Assembly: GCA_027491415.1 (NCBI GenBank)
Contig: JAOZFH010000025.1
Location: 1-64,000 of the forward strand
From: Thermoproteota archaeon
GTDB taxonomy: Archaea; Korarchaeota; Korarchaeia; Korarchaeales; Korarchaeaceae
Direction of reading: 5' to 3'
DNA length: 64,000 nucleotides
Made by a program: the position numbers and the translations under genes. Under the pieces are notes generated by a model. It ran no database searches. It saw nothing but the letters and a program-made list of their open reading frames with translations, and was not told the origin of the DNA. Positions 58,444-64,000 of this stretch are shown piece by piece (position 1 is the stretch's first letter; every line of letters begins with the position of its first letter).

Positions 58444-58926
58444 TCACCCGCCACCCAGCCAGTCGGCGCCTCCCCGCTTCGGTCTCAAGTGTACCTTACA
58501 CGTCTCCCCAGGTGTCAACCTCGCTTGGGCGCTCATCTGCCTACCCAGAACCTCGCCTACCATGAATGCGAGCATTCCCCCCCAGGGGCAGGCCGTCCCC
58601 TCGAACTCGTACCCGCCCACCCTTTTCGGGCAGATGAGGCATCCGTCAATGGTGGCCACAACGGAGCCGTCACCCCCGACCTCGAACCTGAGGGACTCGG
58701 CGAGCCTGCTGGAGACCAGCGCCTCTGTTAGATCGCTCAGAGACTTCGGCTGACAGCCGCTCTCGGACATGTGCTTCAGGATCTCTCTCCCGACCGCGTA
58801 TCCCACCACGTTTATGACCGCCTGGGACGTCTTTCCCAGCACCCTCTCCATCCCAACCATGAAGCCTATGATCACGGCGTTGAGCAAATTCCCGGCGCAC
58901 TTCGCAGAGGGGTCCAACCGAGACAC
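58444..58926 (-). CDS. V4R-like / methanogen-output-domain-like Cys-containing protein
   Basis: GYAVG helix, GCLICP, ACPWGG, TCKV. Confidence 0.6.
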   Translation of the reverse strand: MSRLDPSAKCAGNLLNAVIIGFMVGMERVLGKTSQAVINVVGYAVGREILKHMSESGCQPKSLSDLTEALVSSRLAESLRFEVGGDGSVVATIDGCLICPKRVGGYEFEGTACPWGGMLAFMVGEVLGRQMSAQARLTPGETCKVHLRPKRGGADWLGGG

Positions 58927-58975
58927 CTCTTCCTGGGCTTTCAGCTCTCGGGGATAGTGGGTCCCGTTCAGCCTG

Positions 58976-59785
58976 CTACTTATTGAGATTACTCGAGGGG
59001 TGACTCACCCTGGCGGTCAGCGCCGCTGGAACGGCGCCGGCCGCGAGCCCGACTGTAGACGCGATCAGGGCCTCCACCCAACCCGCCTGGCTCGCTCGCC
59101 CAACTAGAACGGTGTCCACGAGCAGGTCCCAGGAGGAGTGCATAGCTACGGGCCCCCACAGGTTATCGGTCGCCTCGAGGTACAGGCACATCAGGAGTCC
59201 GAATCCGAACACGGTGTACAGGTGCCAGGCCGCCTCCAGCGGAGAGAGCCCGTGGACGAACACGTCGATCGGCAAGTGAGAGACCGAGAAGAGCGCAGCC
59301 GACACGACTGCCGCAATGACTGCACCCCTCCGGCCGGCTAAGTCCCTCTTCAGCTCTAGGTAGATGTACCCGCGGTCCATGGCCTCCTCGGAGAGGCCGA
59401 CGACGCCCAAGACGTAGGCGGCATAGGCAACCCACGCCCAGTCCAGCCCAACCAGGCTCAGTCCGGGCCATCCGGAAAAGGCTGAGGGGACGAGGACCTC
59501 TTCCACCACCCAGGAGGCCGCCGCTCCGATCACGCCGACCGCGGCCGCCCGAGAGGCCCCCCTGCGCGTGAGCCGCAGGTACGACAGTCCGCCTCCGTCG
59601 AAAGCCCTGGCGAATAGTACCGTCAGGCCGAATATACCCGCGAGCTTAACTGGAATGTCGAGCAGGTAGAGCCAGACTCCTGGACCCACGTAGACGCCCG
59701 TGAGGTAACGGTAGGGCGTCCACGTCGCCATGTGAGCGAGGTAGAGTCCGAGAGCGTGCCTCCAGTGCTTGGGTCGGCTTGCCAT
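58976..59785 (-). CDS. CPBP (CAAX/Abi) family intramembrane protease
   Basis: EEAMDRG, FSVSH, HSSWD. Confidence 0.9.
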   Translation of the reverse strand: MASRPKHWRHALGLYLAHMATWTPYRYLTGVYVGPGVWLYLLDIPVKLAGIFGLTVLFARAFDGGGLSYLRLTRRGASRAAAVGVIGAAASWVVEEVLVPSAFSGWPGLSLVGLDWAWVAYAAYVLGVVGLSEEAMDRGYIYLELKRDLAGRRGAVIAAVVSAALFSVSHLPIDVFVHGLSPLEAAWHLYTVFGFGLLMCLYLEATDNLWGPVAMHSSWDLLVDTVLVGRASQAGWVEALIASTVGLAAGAVPAALTARVSHPSSNLNK

Positions 59786-59839
59786 GCGACGCGGTCGACC
59801 CTCGCAACGGCCAAAAAATAAGGCCGGGGGGAGGCCCCG

Positions 59840-60370
59840 ATGAGGATCATCTACCGGGGCGTCGAGATCTCAGTGGTCGAGGGGGACATAACGGCCCAGG
59901 TTGTCGACGCGATCGTAAACCCGGCGAACCGGAGGCTGGTCATGGGTGGAGGGGTTGCAGGAGCCATAAGGAGGGCTGTAGGAGAGGAGATAGAGAGGGA
60001 GGCAGTGTCCAAGGGCCCCATCGAGATAGGTGAGGCCGTCGCCACCACCGCAGGGAGGCTGCCCGCCAGGTACGTGGTACACGCCCCGACCGTCAGGAGC
60101 CCGGGCGGGCGGGCGTCGCTCAGCTCCGCACGGGCGGCGACCCGGGCCGCCCTCCGACTCGCCGACGAGCTGAACCTGGAGTCGATCGCCTTCCCGGGCA
60201 TGGGCACGGGCGTCGGCGGGTTGAGGATCTCCGAGGCCGCGAGGGCCATGGCGGATGAGGTGAGGAGATTCATAGACGGGGGAACCGGGCTCAAGAGGAT
60301 CGTCTTCGTGGCCTACGGCGAGGGCGCCTTCAGGGAGTTCCGGGAGGCCGTCAGGAGGGTCTTTGGGTGA
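59840..60370 (+). CDS. Macro domain ADP-ribose-binding/hydrolase protein
   Basis: GDIT, IVNPAN, GGGVAGAI, VHAP, GTGVGG. Confidence 0.95.
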   Translation: MRIIYRGVEISVVEGDITAQVVDAIVNPANRRLVMGGGVAGAIRRAVGEEIEREAVSKGPIEIGEAVATTAGRLPARYVVHAPTVRSPGGRASLSSARAATRAALRLADELNLESIAFPGMGTGVGGLRISEAARAMADEVRRFIDGGTGLKRIVFVAYGEGAFREFREAVRRVFG

Positions 60371-60382
60371 CTTCCGGCCTCT

Positions 60383-60664
60383 TCAGAGCCTGAGGCCGAG
60401 GGAGTCGAACAGCCTCTTCATCCTCCTGAGCTCCACGAGCAGCCTGAATCCATCCTCTGTGAGTTCGTACCCCGTCCTGCTGCCCTCGACCTCCACCTCC
60501 CTGATGACGCCCCTCTCGAGCAGGTGGGAGAGGTACTCCCTCAGCCTAACGTGGGGGAGGTTGACCTCTTGGGTCAGCTTCGACGGCCCCAAAACCCCAT
60601 GTGCTGACAGAGCCTCAAGGAGATCTAGGATGATGGCGGCCTGCGAGCGGTAAGATCTCCGCAT
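60383..60664 (-). CDS. Archaeal winged-helix regulator (COG3432-like)
   Basis: RS...IILDLL, VNL...YL..L...G, YELTEDG. Confidence 0.85.
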   Translation of the reverse strand: MRRSYRSQAAIILDLLEALSAHGVLGPSKLTQEVNLPHVRLREYLSHLLERGVIREVEVEGSRTGYELTEDGFRLLVELRRMKRLFDSLGLRL

Positions 60665-60669
60665 TCAGC

Positions 60670-61257
60670 TCAGCCCCACCAGCTCCTTAGGAGTATGGCC
60701 AGCAGCGGTAGGAAGCCTGCCGCCTTGAGGGCCTCGCCCGCTAAGAAAAGCGCGGGTCTGCCGAGGATGCCGGAAAGGAGCAAGACTGTGTGCGCTGCGA
60801 GGAGGATGGAGTACCCGAATAGCGTGAGGGTGGAGCTCCTGGGCTCGTCCCTAGACGTGTAGACTAGTAGAAGCCCGAGGGGAATCACGGCCAGAGCGTC
60901 GAACGCCATTCGGAGCCGTTCGGCGACGAATACAGGGACGGCTGCTAACTTGGCCTCCACGCCCTTGTGCGAGAGCATCAGCAGGGAGTACCCGAGCGGA
61001 AATGCCATGCCGTGTAACGTCCACACGAGCGCCTGGGTCCCAGTTGGAGCTCTGAGCCACGGGGACCCCAATCCGACCCGGTGGTGGAGCCCCGCAGAGA
61101 GCGTGATGTAACTCCCAAGCGCGGCCCCGAGGGCCAGCACGGCGAATCCAAGGGCCGCCCACGCGAGGTGACGTGCCCCATACCTCCAGGCCCTGAGAGA
61201 CAGGAGTGCCAACGCTGAGAGCGTGATCAGAGAGATCAGTTCGAGCAGACCCACCAT
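60670..61257 (-). CDS. Multi-TM membrane protein upstream of the wHTH gene
   Basis: About six hydrophobic helices. Confidence 0.65.
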   Translation of the reverse strand: MVGLLELISLITLSALALLSLRAWRYGARHLAWAALGFAVLALGAALGSYITLSAGLHHRVGLGSPWLRAPTGTQALVWTLHGMAFPLGYSLLMLSHKGVEAKLAAVPVFVAERLRMAFDALAVIPLGLLLVYTSRDEPRSSTLTLFGYSILLAAHTVLLLSGILGRPALFLAGEALKAAGFLPLLAILLRSWWG

Positions 61258-61300
61258 GAGGGAAAAATGAGGAGGGAGCAAGGCAACACCTCTCCCTGCC

Positions 61301-61753
61301 TCATCCACCGAACCGGGAGGCCGTGAACCCGTCGTACCGCAATTCAGTGGCCATCCAAGCACCCCAAGTCTCGCTGTAGTGGCAGGTCACCTCCACGCTC
61401 GTTCCTGGCCTTAGCTCGTCCACCAGATCCTCCCAAGAGATCCTCTGGCCATCGGTGTACCACACGCCCCTGATCAGGACGTCGACGCTTTCGCCCGACG
61501 GGGTCCGAACGGTCAACCGCCCCACCGACTCTTCCATCTCGACTACGACTCCAATGACCGTTGAGGTCTCTTCGTAATATTCGTGCTCCTCTGCGTCGTG
61601 TCCATGATCCTCAGCGCCCTCTTCTGCCCACCACGGTCCATGGGACTCCTCGCCCCCACCGGTGACGCTCGCCACCCTGGGCCCCCACAGCGGCACCGTG
61701 GCGATGACGACGGCCGCCGTCAGCACCAGGGCGAACTTGACCGCGTCGCCCAC
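61301..61753 (-). CDS. Exported His/Glu-rich protein with OB-fold-like C-terminus
   Basis: N-terminal TM, EDHGHDAEEHE, GVVVE...LRPGTSVEV. Confidence 0.6.
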   Translation of the reverse strand: MGDAVKFALVLTAAVVIATVPLWGPRVASVTGGGEESHGPWWAEEGAEDHGHDAEEHEYYEETSTVIGVVVEMEESVGRLTVRTPSGESVDVLIRGVWYTDGQRISWEDLVDELRPGTSVEVTCHYSETWGAWMATELRYDGFTASRFGG

Positions 61754-61754
61754 C

Positions 61755-62030
61755 TCAAGACCCCCCGAACAGCCTCTTGACGAAGACCTTCAGGGGCCTG
61801 AAGTTGAGGTAGACGTGCAGAGTCACCAGCCCGCCCATGAGGAAGCCCGAGTAGTCGTGAATGGTCTCCCAGGCGTGCTTCCCCAGGCCGAGCAGGTAGA
61901 CCTCGCCGCTGCCGGGGCCGTGGGGAGCGAAGTACAGGATCACGCCCGAGAGCAGCAGTACGGCGCCGACGATCACCTGAGACAGGGACACGGCGGCGCG
62001 AACCTTCAGCATCTTTGAGTCAGACCCCAT
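61755..62030 (-). CDS. DUF4405 family membrane protein
   Basis: SGVIL, LGLGKHAWETIHDYSG, LHVYLN. Confidence 0.8.
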   Translation of the reverse strand: MGSDSKMLKVRAAVSLSQVIVGAVLLLSGVILYFAPHGPGSGEVYLLGLGKHAWETIHDYSGFLMGGLVTLHVYLNFRPLKVFVKRLFGGS

Positions 62031-62171
62031 TCGCATCACCCGGGTTTGAGTGGCGCGAGGTGGTATATCGAGAATCCGGACGATTCGTCCAGAGATCGGG
62101 CTTCAATTCAGGCGTCGACGGCGGGGAGAGTTATCATAATATACCCGCGCGCGTGGCCAACGACCCCACGT

Positions 62172-63497
62172 ATGCGGGAGAGGTCCCTCAAGTGGGTCCT
62201 ACTGGCCGAGATGGCGCTCAGCGCGCTCTACATGGCGCTGACTAGGAGCGTCTTCCTGATCTACTTGGCCGACTTAGGCCTCAACCTGTCGGGCGTGTCC
62301 TACGTGTCGATATGGGGAGGCGCCCTGACCCTCTCGGTAGGCGCCTACGCCTACAGGAGGCCGAGGGCCATCTCGAGGAGGGTGAGGCTGAAGCTCCTCG
62401 CGTCACACCTCCTGGAGAGGATCTGCTGGATTCCGATCGCTCTCGGCAAGACGGTGGTAGTGGTTGCCGCCGCCTACTCCGCCTACTCGGCCTTCCAAGC
62501 CCTGACCACTCTCGGGATGAACCTCGTGATCTTCGGCTCGTTCGACGAAGAGGGGGTTCAGGACGTCGTGGCTGGCAGGATCTCGAGCGGGGCGGCGGCG
62601 AGCATAGTGGGCATGATCCTTTCGACGGGCCTCCTGAGCCTGCTCAAGGGACCCGAGAAGTTTGAAGTGATCTTCTTCCTGGGCTCCGGGCTCGGGGTCC
62701 TCTCTACCGGTCTGCTGGCCACTCAGGATCTGTCTCACCTCGAGGGAATCAAGGTCCCGGAGAGGGTGAGGGAAGGGGAGAGGATCTTCGCCGCCTCCGC
62801 CTACCAACTAGCCTTGGCCTCCTCCGGGGCTCTGTTCTCCATGTCCTGGATCCCCTACCTCATCCGCGTCGTCAACTACCCGGACTACCTAGTGGCCGCC
62901 ATGACGCTCGTCGGTACGGCCACCAGCATGTTCGGCGCCCCGATATGGAGGCGGATTGACCCCAGGAGGTACAAGCTGGGCGTGCTCATTAACGCTATGA
63001 CGCCGGTGCTCGTGCCTCTGTCGCCGCTCCCCGTCGTTCAGTTCGGGCTCTACGCCGCGGCCGCGTTCTCATTCAACGCGGCCAGCCTCTTGGGGACCTA
63101 CCTGTTCGCGAAGTACAACAGGTGGCTGGGCTCCGTCAGGTCGAGCGCGCTCACGCTGGCGATCTCCGGGGCCGCCCAGCTCGGCGCCTCGGGGCTGGGG
63201 CTTTTCCTGGGATCCAGCTTTGAGCTGGCCTTCGCCCTCGCGGCGGCGCTCAAGTTCGCGGCCCTCGCGCTCTCCGCGCTGATCGTGCCGGAAGTGGCCG
63301 TCGTCCCGCCCCACCTGGCAAAGGCGTACGCCAACGCGGCCTACGGGGCGACGCTAATGGGCTACAGGGTGAGCGTCGCCATCACCAGGGAGACCCTCGT
63401 GGCCACGCTCAGGATGATCGCGCTGACACTCGCCCTCCTCACCCTATACATCATATACAGGATCGCCGCGCTGCTGCTCACTTCGGGGGTGAGCTGA
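62172..63497 (+). CDS. MFS-like multi-pass membrane protein
   Basis: At least 12 hydrophobic segments. Confidence 0.7.
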   Translation: MRERSLKWVLLAEMALSALYMALTRSVFLIYLADLGLNLSGVSYVSIWGGALTLSVGAYAYRRPRAISRRVRLKLLASHLLERICWIPIALGKTVVVVAAAYSAYSAFQALTTLGMNLVIFGSFDEEGVQDVVAGRISSGAAASIVGMILSTGLLSLLKGPEKFEVIFFLGSGLGVLSTGLLATQDLSHLEGIKVPERVREGERIFAASAYQLALASSGALFSMSWIPYLIRVVNYPDYLVAAMTLVGTATSMFGAPIWRRIDPRRYKLGVLINAMTPVLVPLSPLPVVQFGLYAAAAFSFNAASLLGTYLFAKYNRWLGSVRSSALTLAISGAAQLGASGLGLFLGSSFELAFALAAALKFAALALSALIVPEVAVVPPHLAKAYANAAYGATLMGYRVSVAITRETLVATLRMIALTLALLTLYIIYRIAALLLTSGVS

Positions 63498-63498
63498 T

Positions 63499-64000
63499 CT
63501 GCAGGCAGAGCACGTCGTGACGGTGATCGAGGATGTGCTGAGGCAGCTGGCGCAGGAACTCGCCGACCTGGCACCCAAGCTGTTCCTCGCGCTCACGGCG
63601 CTCATGGCCACGCTGGTGTCCGTCAAGGTGGTCAACATCTACCTCAGGAGACTCCTTAGGTTCTCGAAGGTCGACGAGGCCGTGGAGAGGTTCGTCGGTG
63701 GGAGGCCCCCAGTCCTACTCTCCAGCGTCATAGTCGGGGCCGCAGACCTGGGTCTGGGGTTCATAGGGATCTACCTCGTCCTAAGTCTCCTCCTCCCCCC
63801 GGACGTTATGGGGAGGGTCGACTCTGCCGCGCTTTACGCGGCCAGGGTACTCAGCGTTCTGGCCATGATCGGATTCGTTCTGCTGGCCTTCAACATGCTG
63901 ATGAGCAGGATAAGGCTCGAGACGAAGCTCAAGAGCTACATGACGTTCATCTCGTTCCTCCTCGCTACGGCTCTGCTCATCGACGTCGTGGCGCTGTCTG
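63499..64000 (+). CDS. Membrane protein, possibly MscS/CmpX TM-helix-like, 3'-truncated
   Basis: Open frame to window end: ...LAPKLFLALTALMATLVSVKVVN..LRRLLRFSKVDEAV; start CTG 63499 or GTG 63517. Confidence 0.6.
   Translation, partial: MQAEHVVTVIEDVLRQLAQELADLAPKLFLALTALMATLVSVKVVNIYLRRLLRFSKVDEAVERFVGGRPPVLLSSVIVGAADLGLGFIGIYLVLSLLLPPDVMGRVDSAALYAARVLSVLAMIGFVLLAFNMLMSRIRLETKLKSYMTFISFLLATALLIDVVALS

Noticed and set aside
35067-60370. KptA plus macro domain as an ADP-ribosylation system
   Set aside because: About 24 kb apart and both are common archaeal housekeeping genes

Overview
High-GC, gene-dense archaeal chromosomal segment. The content (geranylgeranyl reductases, superoxide reductase plus rubredoxin, archaeal TopA, Hps/Phi, CFI-box-CTERM protein, KaiC-like ATPases, V4R, longin and Rab-like GTPases) suggests an anaerobic TACK archaeon, perhaps Korarchaeota-like; this is an inference. 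About 70 CDSs are present; I found no rRNA, tRNA, CRISPR array or transposase. The most striking observation is a three-gene secreted Ig-fold operon (7121-10066). Proteins 2 and 3 start after the signal peptide without the first beta-strand of their first domain, while proteins 1 and 2 end in one extra copy of that strand. This fits a tip-shaft-anchor surface filament built by C-terminal donor-strand complementation. Other highlights: an orphan pair of CARF-like genes with eroded ligand motifs but an intact HEPN RNase motif, next to a low-GC island; a 7TM-longin-Rab-like GTPase operon; an adenylate-kinase-like/nucleoside-deoxyribosyltransferase fusion; a presenilin facing a membrane-tethered HTH protein; a candidate pseudoknotted RNA; a TopA with Gly at a conserved active-site Arg; and several apparent CTG/ACG starts. 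All family calls come from motif recognition by eye, not database searches.
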